Positions 45,162 through 58,307 of a stretch of 64,000 nucleotides of DNA are shown one piece after another. Every line of letters begins with the position of its first letter. Within the stretch, counting starts at the first letter, position 1. This DNA is from an uncultured Thermoprotei archaeon (GTDB lineage: Archaea > Thermoproteota > Thermoprotei > Thermofilales > B15-G2), in contig CBDUKN010000008.1 in NCBI GenBank assembly GCA_965367815.1, positions 46,924 to 110,923 on the forward strand. Direction: 5' to 3'. The notes under the pieces are model-generated. The model worked only from the letters and a program-made list of their open reading frames with translations. It was not told where the DNA came from and did no database searches. The translations under genes and the position numbers were made by a program.

Positions 45162-48100
45162 TTACTCCACCCTATCAACAAGCTTCAACCTAGGGGCAAT
45201 ACACATACTCATTAATTCCTGAAGTAATAGCTTAAATGCATAAGACATTACTACAGGATGTAGTGACCCCTTATCTTTACATAGCGGACATACAGGTCTG
45301 CCTCTCTTTACGTCGAAATATCCTATGAAGCCACATTTTTCACATACGTAAGCTACATATTTGTCAGATTCTTCTAGAAGCCTGTCCTTTAGAAGTATTG
45401 ATGCTCCATGAGCTACTAAACAGTCACGCTCCATTTCACCGAACCTTAAGCCTCCTTCTCTAGCTCTACCTTCTGTTGGCTGGCGAGTAAGTATCTGTAC
45501 AGGACCTCTTGCTCTCGCATGCATTTTATCGGCTACCATGTGGTGTAGCTTCTGGTAGTATACTACTCCTATGAATATTTCGGCCTCCATAATTTCTCCT
45601 GTTATTCCATTATACATAACTTCCTTACCATCGCTTCTGAAACCTAATTTTAGTAGTGCTTTCCGCAGCACCTCTTCAGGTTCTCCTTCAAAAGGTGTTC
45701 CATCAACAAATCTTCCTTCAAGGGCAGCTACTTTTCCTGCTAGGGACTCTATTAGCTGACCTATAGTCATTCTTGACGGGAAAGCGTGTGGATTAATTAT
45801 TATGTCGGGAACTATTCCGTCTTCTGTAAATGGCATATCTTCCTGAGGCACTATCATGCCAATTACTCCTTTCTGTCCATGTCTTGAAGCGAACTTATCT
45901 CCAAGTTCAGGTATTCGCAGATCTCTTACACGGACTTTTATCAATCTATTTCCTTCCGAAGTTTCAGTTGTTATAACAGCATCTACTATTCCTTTCTCTT
46001 CATGTCTTAGGCTTACTGAAGTATCTCTTCTCACCATACCTATAGCTCTTGTAAATGCTTCCTCGTAGAACCTTGGAGGACTTGTTCTACCTATTAGAAC
46101 TTCTCCTCCTCTAACGAATGTTTCAGGCTCAACTATTCCGTCCTCACTTAAGTGACGATAACTTTCTGACGACCTGTATCCTCTTACATCAGGTTGCGGT
46201 ATCTCAATAGTATCTACTTGTCCTCCGGGGTACTTTCTTTCTTCAGCTTCATAAAGTCTAAAGAATGTAGACCAACCAACTCCCCTCTCTATTGAGGCTT
46301 TATTGAATATCAGCGCGTCTTCCATATTATAGCCGCCATAAGTAATAACTGCTACTACGAGATTCTGGCCTGCTGGACGCTCATCATATCCTATGAGCTC
46401 TATTCCCTTAGTAGTTACGAGAGGTTTTTGCGGATAATGTAGTAAGTGCATTCTTGAGTCTACTCTATAGCGGTAGTTTGTAAAAGATATTCCTAAAGCT
46501 TGCTTAGCCATGGCTGCCTCGTAGGAGTTTCTAGGAGACTGGTTGTGTTCAGCATAAGGTATTATTGAGGCTATTGCACCTAGTATGGCAGAAGGCACTA
46601 TCTCCATGTGTGTATGCTCTGGGGTTATTTCTTCGGGATTTATCGCTATTAAAGCATTTTCTTCCTCATCGGCATCTAAGAATTCAATTACACCCATTTT
46701 CAGTAAGTCTGTCCAAGTGAGTTTTCCTTCCTTTAAGGCTTGAATATGCGATGGCTTTAATTTAAGCTCTCCGTTTTCCACTACAAGTAATGGTCTTCTT
46801 AGTCTACCTCCATCACAGTTGACATATACTTCGTCTATGATCCATTTCTCTTCAGGTTTTTCAGGCTTTATTAAGTATCGTGCAACGTTAACCTCATGAG
46901 ATATTTTGCCTTGTCTTCTAAGACTTCTAATTTTAGTTACAAGTTCTTCTGGATTAGTGTGCACACCAATGAGCCTTCCATTAAGATATACTTTCGAGCC
47001 TTTAATGTCTTCGTTTCTCGCATCCTCTATCGGTATTACACCCAATTCGTAGAGTAGTGTTTCTATTTCTTTTTCATCTATTCCAATGGATATGCTAGCT
47101 AGTAGAGCTAGGTTTTTGACTAGCCCACAATTCTGGCCTTCGGGACTCTCATTAGGACAGAGTCTTCCCCACTGCGTAGGGTGAAGCTCTCTGGCCTCGA
47201 AGTGTGGCTGAGATCTGCTGAGAGGCGATACTACTCTTCTTAAGTGACTTAGTGTCGATAGATAATTTGTTCTGTCGAGAAGCTGGCTTACTCCGGTACG
47301 GTTTCCAACCCAGTTTCCTGTAGCCATAGCGTGTCTTAGTCTTTCTGTGACTAAGTCTGCTCTTACTAGTGTAACTAAGCTTATTTCTCTGCTTCTTGTA
47401 CGCATTTTTTCTAGCTGATATTTAAGATCATTACAGAACTGCTTAAAAGCTACTCTAAATAGCTGTGCGAGCAGATCTCCTGCAAGCTTTAATCTCTTAT
47501 TAGCATAATGATCTTTATCATCCGGAGGTCTTCTGCCTAAGACTACCTCAAGTAGCTTCTCAGCCATTTGTCCTAAGAAATAAGCTTTCTTTCTTCTTGT
47601 TTCAGGAGAAGAGTCTGTACCTAAGTGCGGAAGCAAATACTTGTCTATTATCTGACATGCTTTTTCTATTCTCACGTCTCTTGTCTGTCCTATAGCGGCT
47701 CTGCTACCAATATAGTCTAAGGCGTCTTCAACAGTGTCTATTCCACTAGCTATCTCTAGAGATATTCTGAACTCATTCTGAATATCAGGATCATCGGACA
47801 CCGCTAGTACTATTTCACGGTCTGTCTCAAGGCCTAGTGCCCTCATTACAACTACTATAGGCAATCTAGAAGGTACTGCCGGAATAGTTAAGTAAAGCCC
47901 TCCGTCTTTCAGTCTTTCAAGAACTACTGGTATTCGGTAGGCGGCTGTAGCTGAAAATACTTTAGCTGTATGTGTGACTGAGGAACTTATTCCGCCAACA
48001 TCTACAAGTACTTTATTTACTGCAAGATCTTCTTGGATTACAAGTACTCTTTCGGACCCGTTTATTATAAAGTATCCACCTGGGTCTTTTGGATCCTCTT

Positions 48101-48533
48101 TAATAATTATTATCTCTTCTTCAGACATTCTAGAAAGAGGACATTTAATTGACTTTACCATAATAGGCATTTCTCCTATGTACACTTTATCACTATCTCT
48201 TCGCTCATTGTTGACGTAGAGAGCCATTTCGAGATACATTGGCGCAGAATAAGTAAGATTCCTTAACCTAGCTTCCATAGGCGTGATCGCAGTTTCTGTA
48301 CCATCAGCTTCTCTTACTCGAGGCTCGCCTACTTCTATCTTACCTAATTTAACAAATACTGTTCCATCAGCTGTTTCAACTATTCCCTGCTCGTCCACTA
48401 TTTGCTGCAATTTGTGTTCAATAAAATTATTATATGAATCTAAGTGCTGTCTAACTAGTCCATATTCCTTGATGAATGCTCTAACCAGAACCCATCTATC
48501 TTCAGGAGTTATAAAATTATTATTAGATTTCAT
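45162..48533 (-). CDS. rpoB: RNA polymerase subunit B (Rpo2, unsplit)
   Basis: [23 protein letters not shown]-terminal Zn ribbon. Confidence 0.98.
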   Translation of the reverse strand: MKSNNNFITPEDRWVLVRAFIKEYGLVRQHLDSYNNFIEHKLQQIVDEQGIVETADGTVFVKLGKIEVGEPRVREADGTETAITPMEARLRNLTYSAPMYLEMALYVNNERRDSDKVYIGEMPIMVKSIKCPLSRMSEEEIIIIKEDPKDPGGYFIINGSERVLVIQEDLAVNKVLVDVGGISSSVTHTAKVFSATAAYRIPVVLERLKDGGLYLTIPAVPSRLPIVVVMRALGLETDREIVLAVSDDPDIQNEFRISLEIASGIDTVEDALDYIGSRAAIGQTRDVRIEKACQIIDKYLLPHLGTDSSPETRRKKAYFLGQMAEKLLEVVLGRRPPDDKDHYANKRLKLAGDLLAQLFRVAFKQFCNDLKYQLEKMRTRSREISLVTLVRADLVTERLRHAMATGNWVGNRTGVSQLLDRTNYLSTLSHLRRVVSPLSRSQPHFEARELHPTQWGRLCPNESPEGQNCGLVKNLALLASISIGIDEKEIETLLYELGVIPIEDARNEDIKGSKVYLNGRLIGVHTNPEELVTKIRSLRRQGKISHEVNVARYLIKPEKPEEKWIIDEVYVNCDGGRLRRPLLVVENGELKLKPSHIQALKEGKLTWTDLLKMGVIEFLDADEEENALIAINPEEITPEHTHMEIVPSAILGAIASIIPYAEHNQSPRNSYEAAMAKQALGISFTNYRYRVDSRMHLLHYPQKPLVTTKGIELIGYDERPAGQNLVVAVITYGGYNMEDALIFNKASIERGVGWSTFFRLYEAEERKYPGGQVDTIEIPQPDVRGYRSSESYRHLSEDGIVEPETFVRGGEVLIGRTSPPRFYEEAFTRAIGMVRRDTSVSLRHEEKGIVDAVITTETSEGNRLIKVRVRDLRIPELGDKFASRHGQKGVIGMIVPQEDMPFTEDGIVPDIIINPHAFPSRMTIGQLIESLAGKVAALEGRFVDGTPFEGEPEEVLRKALLKLGFRSDGKEVMYNGITGEIMEAEIFIGVVYYQKLHHMVADKMHARARGPVQILTRQPTEGRAREGGLRFGEMERDCLVAHGASILLKDRLLEESDKYVAYVCEKCGFIGYFDVKRGRPVCPLCKDKGSLHPVVMSYAFKLLLQELMSMCIAPRLKLVDRVE

Positions 48534-48538
48534 AATTT

Positions 48539-48781
48539 TCACCCAGGTACAACAAGCCTTAAAGCTATAGCCTCACCAGCAGTAGGACTTTTTCTAATAA
48601 TAGCTATAACGTCTCCAGGCTTCGCTCCAAGAGCTCTCGCAGCAGGATCAGAAGCTCTGATCCAAGGCAAATCATATCTTTTTAAACCCATACGCTTTAA
48701 GAGTATTTTAGCTTCCTCCTTACTTAACAATATATGTTTTGGCACATATTCATGTTTAAATATATTAATTTTCTTAACCAT
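48539..48781 (-). CDS. rpoH: RNA polymerase subunit H (Rpo5)
   Basis: [23 protein letters not shown]. Confidence 0.97.
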   Translation of the reverse strand: MVKKINIFKHEYVPKHILLSKEEAKILLKRMGLKRYDLPWIRASDPAARALGAKPGDVIAIIRKSPTAGEAIALRLVVPG

Positions 48782-49028
48782 AGGTAATATCCCCTCCAGA
48801 ACGCATTAGCGTGAGGAATCCCAGCACTATGCTATAAACTTTTCCCTTATAAAATTTATGTCGCTTCTCGATTATTTTAAGCTATCCTTTCTAATTGGAC
48901 AGGTATTTCGATTGCTACTACCCATTTTACTTCGATATCATTCTATTAAATCAATGCAGAAAAACTATGTATCTTATTTAAATCGCTAAAATAGAAAACC
49001 TTAAATGAGAGTTGTGGTGGATTGTTTT

Positions 49029-49118
49029 GGGCCCGTAGCTTAGCCTGGTAGAGCACCGGGCTTTTAACCCGGGGGTCACCCCTGAAGCCCAAAGCGGGTT
49101 CAAATCCCGCCGGGCCCG
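49029..49118 (+). tRNA. tRNA-Lys(TTT) with 16-nt intron at non-canonical position 48/49 (49078-49093)
   Basis: GGGCCCG...CGGGCCCG acceptor, CCGGG-CTTTTAA-CCCGG anticodon arm; insert ACCCCTGAAGCCCAAA between GGGTC and T-stem GCGGG. Confidence 0.88.
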
Positions 49119-49790
49119 CTACTCCTCTTCAAAACCATATTTTCCTTTAAGTTTAACAAATAGACAAGGACCTAAACTCCTATACGCATAATTTTCCTCA
49201 CTTACTCTTTTAACAATAACTAGCTCTTGATAAAATTCTCTGCCAACAGGAACTACCATGCATCCTCCAACTTTAATTCTATTTAACAAAGGTTTCGGTA
49301 CTTGAGGCGCGGCTGCTGTAACTAAAATTTTGTCAAATCTTATGCCCTCCCTAAAGGGAGGTCCTTGACTACCATCACATATTATTACAGATACTCTCGA
49401 ATAATATCCTGCTCTCTTAAGATTATTTTTTGCAAAAAATGCTAATTCCGGGATAATCTCTAATGTTACTACAAAGCCTTTACGTGATGCTATCTCTGCA
49501 CATAATGCTGCATGGTATCCACTACCGGTACCTATTTCGAGAATATAGTCTCCTTCGTTTATATCAAGAGCTTCACACATTATTGCACACATATGTGGAG
49601 CCGAAATAGTCTGTCCCTTCATTGTAGGAAGCGGCGTGTCAACATATGCTAGACTCCTATATGAAGGCAGGACAAATTCCTCTCTCGGGACTTTAAGCAT
49701 TGCTTTAATAACTTTTTCTGATTTCAATACCCCCTCCTCCACTAATCTTTTAACTAAAATCTCCCTTTTTACTTTAAAATCATCTATCAT
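49119..49790 (-). CDS. pcm: Protein-L-isoaspartate O-methyltransferase
   Basis: [33 protein letters not shown]. Confidence 0.96.
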   Translation of the reverse strand: MIDDFKVKREILVKRLVEEGVLKSEKVIKAMLKVPREEFVLPSYRSLAYVDTPLPTMKGQTISAPHMCAIMCEALDINEGDYILEIGTGSGYHAALCAEIASRKGFVVTLEIIPELAFFAKNNLKRAGYYSRVSVIICDGSQGPPFREGIRFDKILVTAAAPQVPKPLLNRIKVGGCMVVPVGREFYQELVIVKRVSEENYAYRSLGPCLFVKLKGKYGFEEE

Positions 49791-50827
49791 GTTTGAAACC
49801 ATATGTCTAAACTTACCCTTGTTTTAATATTTCTAACAGCCTTCTTTAATCTTTCAATAGCATTTTTTACCCTTGTCTCTGAAAAGTCGTGTTCTTCACA
49901 TAAAAATTCGATAAGTGCTTTTTCATCTGGATCCTTCCATTCTATTTTGTATTCATCTGTCACTTCCGGATTCAAGAAGTACTCCCTTATAGTTAATGGA
50001 TCAACAGGGAAGTAAGCTTCTCTCAAGATATGCTTTAGATTTTCAAGTGACTTAAACTCTCTTATAAGTCTGTAAGCTCTTTTAGGGCCAATACTTTTTA
50101 CACCATCAGGGTTATAGTCAGTACCTAATAAAATCGCCATGTCTATTAGCTGTCTTCTATCTATCTTCAGAATCTTCAATACTTCATTAAGTTCTACTAG
50201 TTCAGGCTTTACCTCAACATATACGTTCTTTCTGGGAAGTTTCCTTTTACCAGAAATAGTTATGTTACGAACAAGTCGCGGAGCCCCGAAGAGAAGAGAA
50301 TCATAGTCTTGACTACCTACAGCCCAAGCATCTCCTCTTTTAACTACATGGGCGGCCTGTGCTTCTCCTTCTGCAGGCGCTTGAATCCAAGGAACTCCCA
50401 TGTAATCTAGAAGCATTTTTGCATCAGCTACCATTTGGTCAGTAAGCCTCGAAGTCATTTGAGCATATCTCTTCGCAGCCTCTAGATCTCCTTTAGCTAA
50501 AGCTTCTTCATATTTTTTAACTGCTTCTTCTTTTATCTTTTTTCTTCTAAGAATTTCAATATTCTTAAACTCTGGTGGTTTTCCATCAAAAACATACACA
50601 GGTTTGATTCCTATTTCAAGTAAATTTATTGTTCTGTAAAGTAATCCACTAAGGTGACTAGTTGTTCTTCCTTTAGAGTCTTTTAAGGGAGTTCCATCTG
50701 GCTGCCTAATAATTGCTAGAAACTGATATAGTGCATTATAAGCATCTATTGCTATAACTTTACCTGAAAGATCTTCGAGAGAAATAGTCTTCTTGGGTAT
50801 CAACTCTCCTAATTCACCTACTCCCAT
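49787..50827 (-). CDS. fen: Flap endonuclease 1
   Basis: MGV start, [28 protein letters not shown]-terminal PIP-like SLDIWF. Confidence 0.97.
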   Translation of the reverse strand: MGVGELGELIPKKTISLEDLSGKVIAIDAYNALYQFLAIIRQPDGTPLKDSKGRTTSHLSGLLYRTINLLEIGIKPVYVFDGKPPEFKNIEILRRKKIKEEAVKKYEEALAKGDLEAAKRYAQMTSRLTDQMVADAKMLLDYMGVPWIQAPAEGEAQAAHVVKRGDAWAVGSQDYDSLLFGAPRLVRNITISGKRKLPRKNVYVEVKPELVELNEVLKILKIDRRQLIDMAILLGTDYNPDGVKSIGPKRAYRLIREFKSLENLKHILREAYFPVDPLTIREYFLNPEVTDEYKIEWKDPDEKALIEFLCEEHDFSETRVKNAIERLKKAVRNIKTRVSLDIWFQT

Positions 50828-50898
50828 ATTTTTCAAGAGTAAATACTGTTCGGCCAGATATTATATTTGCTATTGACAATGGCTTTAGCTTTCTTCGA

Positions 50899-51123
50899 TT
50901 ATTTTGCTCTCCGTAACCTTATAATCTTAGACCCTTTCTTAAACCACTCAACGTAAATTATTCCCCTTAGTTCTAGTGTTATTAACGCTCTTTTAAATTC
51001 ACTTAAAGATATGTTGCCATAAATGTTCTTTAGATAAGAAATAATTTCCTCTTCTCGCATTATTCCATGGCGTTTTTCTAAGAGCTCAGTTATGATCATG
51101 CAGAGCTGGACTATCTTCACCAT
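50899..51123 (-). CDS. Small hypothetical wHTH-like protein
   Basis: LSEFKRALITLELRGIIYV pattern; co-directional between cdc48 and fen. Confidence 0.65.
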   Translation of the reverse strand: MVKIVQLCMIITELLEKRHGIMREEEIISYLKNIYGNISLSEFKRALITLELRGIIYVEWFKKGSKIIRLRRAK

Positions 51124-51136
51124 ATGCACTCCACTT

Positions 51137-53356
<2,220 letters not shown>

Positions 53357-53418
53357 TTAGCTAACAGAAGACTAGAACCCTTATATTGAGAGAAAAACGC
53401 GCTATAAATATTTTTATC

Positions 53419-53697
53419 TCATGAAACCATTCTAGAAAGCCACGCTACTTCTACTTGACTCACTTTATCTAGACCACTAATTGCTTTTTCTATCTCTGCA
53501 GTACCTCCTTCAGTTTCTTCAGGCATTACCAGGTGCACCTTGAGTAACTTCAGGCCGAAAGCTACCGGCTCTTCCTCACTTTTAATAACACTCACTCCCT
53601 TGGGCAAAACTTTCTTGATATCTTCTAATAACTCTTTTAAGTCAATGCCCACTTCAGAGGGATATACCTTTATTATTAGATAGACCTTACCTCCCAT
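53419..53697 (-). CDS. ef1b: Elongation factor aEF-1beta
   Basis: EPVAFGLKLL. Confidence 0.95.
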   Translation of the reverse strand: MGGKVYLIIKVYPSEVGIDLKELLEDIKKVLPKGVSVIKSEEEPVAFGLKLLKVHLVMPEETEGGTAEIEKAISGLDKVSQVEVAWLSRMVS

Positions 53698-53706
53698 TTT
53701 CTCAGC

Positions 53707-53892
53707 CTATGGTCCCTCAAACCCACATTTAGGACAAACATAAGGTACAGCGTTTTTTCTGCATTTATAGCAACGCCATATTTCTACTTCTCCGCAGTTG
53801 GGGCATTTAAAGTGGGTTCCCCTTTCATGTGGCGGTATTGGTTTCTTACACGATGCACATATTGGAAGATTCAGTACCTTGATTCCGCTCAT
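53707..53892 (-). CDS. Zn-ribbon small protein (DUF1610/HVO_2753-like)
   Basis: [28 protein letters not shown]; conserved position before EF-1beta. Confidence 0.9.
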   Translation of the reverse strand: MSGIKVLNLPICASCKKPIPPHERGTHFKCPNCGEVEIWRCYKCRKNAVPYVCPKCGFEGP

Positions 53893-53999
53893 AGTACTAG
53901 ACCTAGACAACTAGTTCATAAATATACTTTTTGGTATATTCCGCAGAGAAGCCTTCTCAAAATAAAATATTCATGATAAATTCTCCTATTTATAGTCTA

Positions 54000-54500
54000 C
54001 TAAATATACTCGATTCGCGTATTCATCTTAGCAAAAATCGAGACTATTCTTTCTAAATCTTCCTTGCTTACAAACAGTCTTCTGCTGTCGTGTCTACTTA
54101 CCTTTATTACAAGTTCTGAGCTACCATCAGGGAACCAGACGGTGGCTATACTCACTACTTTAGCTGGTGAAAGAAGCTGCTCAACCATACTTTTGATGTC
54201 AGGCCCTTTTTCGATTATTCTAATGTTACCTAACTCTCTGCGCAGGAGTCTAGAAATTTCATACCATATGCGCCTTGGGAATCCTCTGGGCGCTTTAACG
54301 ACTATTATGGTTAACCCTCCAGCTCTAAGAGATTTTACAAACTCTACTTCCTTTAACTCAGGGAATCGTGACTCAAGCTCTATTAGCTTCTTGCATACCG
54401 TTATATCCAGCTCTGAATATTCTCCGCTATCTATTTTTTCTTGACATCTGCTACATAAAATACCGCTTTTTAAACAAAATACACAGAAAGGAATTTTCAA
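54000..54500 (-). CDS. NusA-like paralogue with N-terminal Cys cluster
   Basis: PFCVFCLKSGILCSRC followed by degenerate KH-like domains. Confidence 0.75.
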   Translation of the reverse strand: MKIPFCVFCLKSGILCSRCQEKIDSGEYSELDITVCKKLIELESRFPELKEVEFVKSLRAGGLTIIVVKAPRGFPRRIWYEISRLLRRELGNIRIIEKGPDIKSMVEQLLSPAKVVSIATVWFPDGSSELVIKVSRHDSRRLFVSKEDLERIVSIFAKMNTRIEYI

Positions 54501-54778
54501 GACAACTCACCTCTAGCTAATATTATCTTTATGTTACTTATTGCTCGCAAACCATTTTTTGTCGCTAAATACTCACTCCCTATCGAGACATCTTTTATAA
54601 TCACGTCACGCATGAAGACATTTCTTACAGTTAAGACCACATCTACTGCCTTCGATATAGCTTTACCTCTAGCTCTTACTTCTACTTCTTTCGCTCCATT
54701 ATGGAAGAAAGTAAGGCAGGCAAGCACGTATCGCTTAGGTTCCTTCTTTCCGATGATTAGTACTGGTCTCTCCGACAT
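54497..54778 (-). CDS. albA: Alba DNA/RNA-binding protein
   Basis: LIIGKK, ARGKAISKAVDV, IGSE. Confidence 0.92.
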   Translation of the reverse strand: MSERPVLIIGKKEPKRYVLACLTFFHNGAKEVEVRARGKAISKAVDVVLTVRNVFMRDVIIKDVSIGSEYLATKNGLRAISNIKIILARGELS

Positions 54779-54896
54779 TGCGTTCCCCAAAACAACTATT
54801 TGTGAAATCCCTAATTGATTCTAAAAAATATTTCTTACGGTTCTCTCCCGGCACTACATCATGTTTTTCACGAAAAACTTAAAAGCTTACCTTTCG

Positions 54897-55096
54897 AAAA
54901 TAATCACGCCCCGGTAGCTCAGCCGGGTAGAGCGGCGCCTTGGTAAGGCCTCTCCCAAAGAGGCGTAGGTCCCGGGTTCGAATCCCGGCCGGGGCTCCTA
55001 ATTCTTCTCGCCTAATTCTGTTCAATGAAGAAAGATTTTAATACCAGACGAGAGAAAAATAATCACGCCCCGGTAGCTCAGCCGGGTAGAGCGGCG
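54897..55096 (+). repeat. 41-bp direct repeat (54897-54937 and 55056-55096) covering leader and 5' part of two tRNA-Thr genes
   Basis: AAAATAATCACGCCCCGGTAGCTCAGCCGGGTAGAGCGGCG occurs twice. Confidence 0.9.
54908..54996 (+). tRNA. tRNA-Thr(GGT) with 15-nt intron at 37/38 (54946-54960)
   Basis: Cloverleaf; BHB central helix TTGG/CCAA, bulges TA^A and AG^A. Confidence 0.94.
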
Positions 55097-55143
55097 GCCT
55101 TGTAAGCCGTTGGTCGCGGGTTCAAATCCCGCCCGGGGCTCCA
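55067..55143 (+). tRNA. tRNA-Thr(TGT), CCA encoded; probable integration site
   Basis: Cloverleaf GCCCCGG...CCGGGGCTCCA, loop CTTGTAA; about 106 bp upstream of an integrase. Confidence 0.95.
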
Positions 55144-55249
55144 TTTCCCGAAAAGAGATTTCTCTCCGATGTGAGTTCCCGGATGTTGCATGTGTGATGT
55201 CGCTTACATGCAACGTGGCTTATATATGACTCTCTGATAATATCCCTGG

Positions 55250-56518
55250 ATGAAGGATTCTTGGAGAGACAGAGTAGACTTGGCTAAAATAGACGACGAG
55301 ACGCGGTACCGGGTACTCGACTACGTTTTAGCGAAAGTAGGGTCGTACAGGGAGCTGGGCTACGACCGGACATACATCTACAGGCTGAAGACACGGAAGC
55401 TCAGAGTGTCAGACAGCTTCCTGAAGAGGCTTCTCGACTTCCTCTCCGAAGAAGAGTTCACGAGGCTCGTGGGCTCTGAGAGAAAGCTGGAAGCCCTGGG
55501 TATTCTCAAAAACGGGGTTCTAGACTATAGTTTAGTACTGGAGATTTTGAACTATGCGCTCAAAGACAAGTATTTGTTAAATCTTATTGCGAAGTGGTTC
55601 TATGAGAATGTAGCCCACCAGATCCCACGCGTGGTCACGGTTAAGAAAGAGCATGTCGAGAAATTCGAGAAAATACTGGCGACTAGGGCCAAGAAAACTA
55701 GAGTTGATAGACTGAGGTACCTCTTAAAAGCTTTAGATGATTTAGACTGGGAGCTTACTCCTGAGAAGCTAGAAGAGTATATTCTCGAATTATACGAAGA
55801 GTCGCCACATGCAGCTAGACACACTGCCTGTACACTAAAGCTTTTCATTAAAACCGTGCTCAAAGATTCTACTCTCTATAATAGCTTCAAAGTACCGAAG
55901 ACACCTGAGAAGCTCGTAGCCCGGGCTTTAACACTAGACGATATAGTTGAGGTTGCTTTGGAAATAGAGCATGAGGGGGCTAGAGCATTCTTTATACTGC
56001 TCGCTGAAACAGGTCTCAGGCCAAGTGAAGTATACTCTCTCACACTCGGCCAAGTGGATCTAGACAGCAGAACAATAATTATAGGAAAAATATCAGAAAC
56101 TAAACGCAGCTTCCTAACATTCCTCCACAAAACTACAGCAGACTATCTAAAAGAAGTCTACATGCCTTTCCGAGAAGAATTCATTAAGAAATACGAGCCC
56201 TGCGTAAAGAACCTCCCCGACTTCGACTTGGCGGCCTGGAAAACAAAGTTTTTCCCATTTAAGGAATGGGTTTTGAGGAAGGAAATCTATGGGGCTATGG
56301 ATAAAGTAGGTAGGCGGTTCAGACTATATGACTTGAGGGCATTTTTCTCCGCATACATGACTAAGCGGAAGGTATCCCCCCTAGTTGTAAACATCCTCCA
56401 GGGGAGGCTACCTCCCCGCGAATTCAAGATCCTCCAGAGCCGCTACCTGCCCTTCACTGAAGAAGACCTCCGAGAAATATACGAGAGAAACGCGCCCTGC
56501 GTATCGAAGTACCTCTGA
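55250..56518 (+). CDS. Tyrosine recombinase/integrase
   Basis: ETGLRPSE (Arg I), ETKRS (Lys), YDLR, LQGR, SRYL (Tyr); N-terminal HTH-like segment; TTATATAT box at 55220-55227. Confidence 0.93.
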   Translation: MKDSWRDRVDLAKIDDETRYRVLDYVLAKVGSYRELGYDRTYIYRLKTRKLRVSDSFLKRLLDFLSEEEFTRLVGSERKLEALGILKNGVLDYSLVLEILNYALKDKYLLNLIAKWFYENVAHQIPRVVTVKKEHVEKFEKILATRAKKTRVDRLRYLLKALDDLDWELTPEKLEEYILELYEESPHAARHTACTLKLFIKTVLKDSTLYNSFKVPKTPEKLVARALTLDDIVEVALEIEHEGARAFFILLAETGLRPSEVYSLTLGQVDLDSRTIIIGKISETKRSFLTFLHKTTADYLKEVYMPFREEFIKKYEPCVKNLPDFDLAAWKTKFFPFKEWVLRKEIYGAMDKVGRRFRLYDLRAFFSAYMTKRKVSPLVVNILQGRLPPREFKILQSRYLPFTEEDLREIYERNAPCVSKYL

Positions 56519-56691
56519 TTAGTTTCGGCGACCACTTTGCCTGCGGGAAGTCTTTGTAGTCGCACTAGCCTTTATAAGTCTCTTTATTACCTTTCTCTTT
56601 TCAGTTAAACTTTATTATTTCCTGAGAAAAGGCGAATAGTTTCAGCGAAGTATTCAAAAAAGCCTTAATCTCATCTCTGAATTTTTCTCCT

Positions 56692-56937
56692 ATGCCTTCG
56701 CGGTCTGAGCTGCTGGCATTCGCGGCTGGAATCAGGTACGCTCTAGAAGTCGTTGTGAGGAAGGGCTTAGACAGGGGAGAAGAGGAGCTGAGGGAGCTAG
56801 TAGAGGCGCTAGAGTACGCGGCCTACCACGCCACACTAGAAGAAATACTGCGTAGCACTCCCTTCGAGAGGGGAGCAGAGGTTAGAGTACAGGTGAAAGG
56901 ACTGCCTCCGGCGGCTCCTGCGGGAAAGCGGGACTAG
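56692..56937 (+). CDS. Hypothetical protein of the element
   Basis: 81-aa ORF, element-like codon use, stop overlaps the convergent primase stop. Confidence 0.6.
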   Translation: MPSRSELLAFAAGIRYALEVVVRKGLDRGEEELRELVEALEYAAYHATLEEILRSTPFERGAEVRVQVKGLPPAAPAGKRD

Positions 56938-57953
56938 GAGTGTTTGTCGCCTAGCCACTCCTGTATCTTCTTCCTTGAGGGCGGTCTGTAGCGGTGCCTG
57001 TACACCGACTTGACTACATAGACTAGCTCCCGCTCCGGCAGCGGAGGCCTGTTCTTCTTGTTCCACTTCAGCAGCTCCTCTAGTGTTTCCTCGAAGCCGT
57101 AGCCCTTCTTGTACAAGTACGTCGCTATAATGAACGCGGCGTTGTTTCTGCAGCCTTCGCTTACCCCCTTCTCGAGGATATAGCGGACTACTGCGGGGAG
57201 CTCGGGAGACCTCACTGTCTCCCGGGGGTTCTTTAGGGCTTCCAGTACTGCTAGGAAACGTTTTGCCCTGTAGTAGTCCTCTAGAAACAACATATACTGC
57301 TCTGCTTCCTCTAAGACACTGCGAGGCAGAGAGTTTTTAATGTAGGTTCCTAGACTGAAGCTCTCGGGCAGTATTTCGCTGAAATCGTAGTCTAAGGGCA
57401 TCACTATTCTGCCGGTCTTCTGGTGGAGAGTATATGGTACTCTAGCTACTCTAGCCCTGTCTTCAACTACCTTCAAGTCAATGTACTTTAATCCGAGCTT
57501 CTTTATCCCCAGAACTTTTACGATATACTTGTAGAGCTCAGTGTTCTCCTCTGCTCGGGGCAGCCAGAAGTAGACGTGGTATCCTTTACTCCCGCTGAAA
57601 ACTAAAAGAGGCTTGCAGTAAGACTGAAGGTGGTCGCAGAGCTTCCTGGCCTCTTCTCTCGCCTTACTGAGGTCTCCGGGCGAATCAATATCGATGAAAA
57701 CTTTCTCTAAGGCAATTAGCCTGCCTGGAGAAAACGGCTTGCTGAAGCAGTAGTAGTTTACTGACTGGAAGACGGGCCTTTTCTCTGACTCGAGCCTGCT
57801 GTATATTTCTCCGAGCTTCTCCTCGGAGACGCTTTTAGCTGGAACGTAGATTCTCTCAGGCCTCCCTAGATCCCTACCCCACCCTAATTCAACGGTCTTC
57901 TCCTCGAGGCTCCCTAGAAACCAGTCTAAGAAGAAACGGCTCCTGCTCTCCAT
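56934..57953 (-). CDS. Archaeo-eukaryotic primase-polymerase with C-terminal PriCT-1-like domain
   Basis: FIDID, FSGSKGYHVY, IDLKV..D.ARVARVPYTLH; GCRNNAAF...WN..N.PPLPEREL; start at ATG 57953 inferred. Confidence 0.88.
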   Translation of the reverse strand: MESRSRFFLDWFLGSLEEKTVELGWGRDLGRPERIYVPAKSVSEEKLGEIYSRLESEKRPVFQSVNYYCFSKPFSPGRLIALEKVFIDIDSPGDLSKAREEARKLCDHLQSYCKPLLVFSGSKGYHVYFWLPRAEENTELYKYIVKVLGIKKLGLKYIDLKVVEDRARVARVPYTLHQKTGRIVMPLDYDFSEILPESFSLGTYIKNSLPRSVLEEAEQYMLFLEDYYRAKRFLAVLEALKNPRETVRSPELPAVVRYILEKGVSEGCRNNAAFIIATYLYKKGYGFEETLEELLKWNKKNRPPLPERELVYVVKSVYRHRYRPPSRKKIQEWLGDKHS

Positions 57954-57969
57954 GAACTTCTGCAGTGGT

Positions 57970-58252
57970 CTTCTGCAATGTGTCATTGCAGACTCATTGC
58001 AGTTCCCACTCCCTACATCAATTTGATGAAGAGTTTGATGTAGTGGGATCTGCATTGGTCGCCGACCCGAGAACACACACAAATTTTTCTTCAGATTTTT
58101 AGTTTTCTTACTATTTATCCCACCAGCTTCAGGTTTTCTGTGTGTGTCTCCGACCCCCCGTGTCATTGCAGATCCCACCTCATCAGTTTCATGTAGGGAG
58201 ATTTCATCAACTCGGCTTCTGCAATGATATCTGCAATGACACATTGCAGAAG
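57970..58252. repeat. Nested inverted repeats and iterons around an AT-rich core (putative element origin)
   Basis: 23-bp perfect IR 57970-57992/58230-58252; 12-bp IR 58043-58054/58167-58178; 10-bp IR 58009-58018/58191-58200; repeated CATTGCAG/CTGCAATG. Confidence 0.85.
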
Positions 58253-58307
58253 CTGTTTCAGATACTCTGTGCAAATCCTTTTGCTGAAATTATTTCTTAT
58301 GTTTTCA

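Noticed and set aside
55067-55250. SSV-type split integrase with an N-terminal fragment across the tRNA
   Set aside because: An in-frame TAA at 55238-55240 and a TATA box precede the ATG; the integrase appears complete
57970-58252. CRISPR array
   Set aside because: Repeats are short, inverted and irregularly spaced with no unique spacers; no cas genes in the window
57954-58274. ORF-track N-terminal extension of the primase (446 aa)
   Set aside because: It translates the repeat array into Cys/His-rich repetitive sequence; a non-coding origin-like region with a start at 57953 is more plausible
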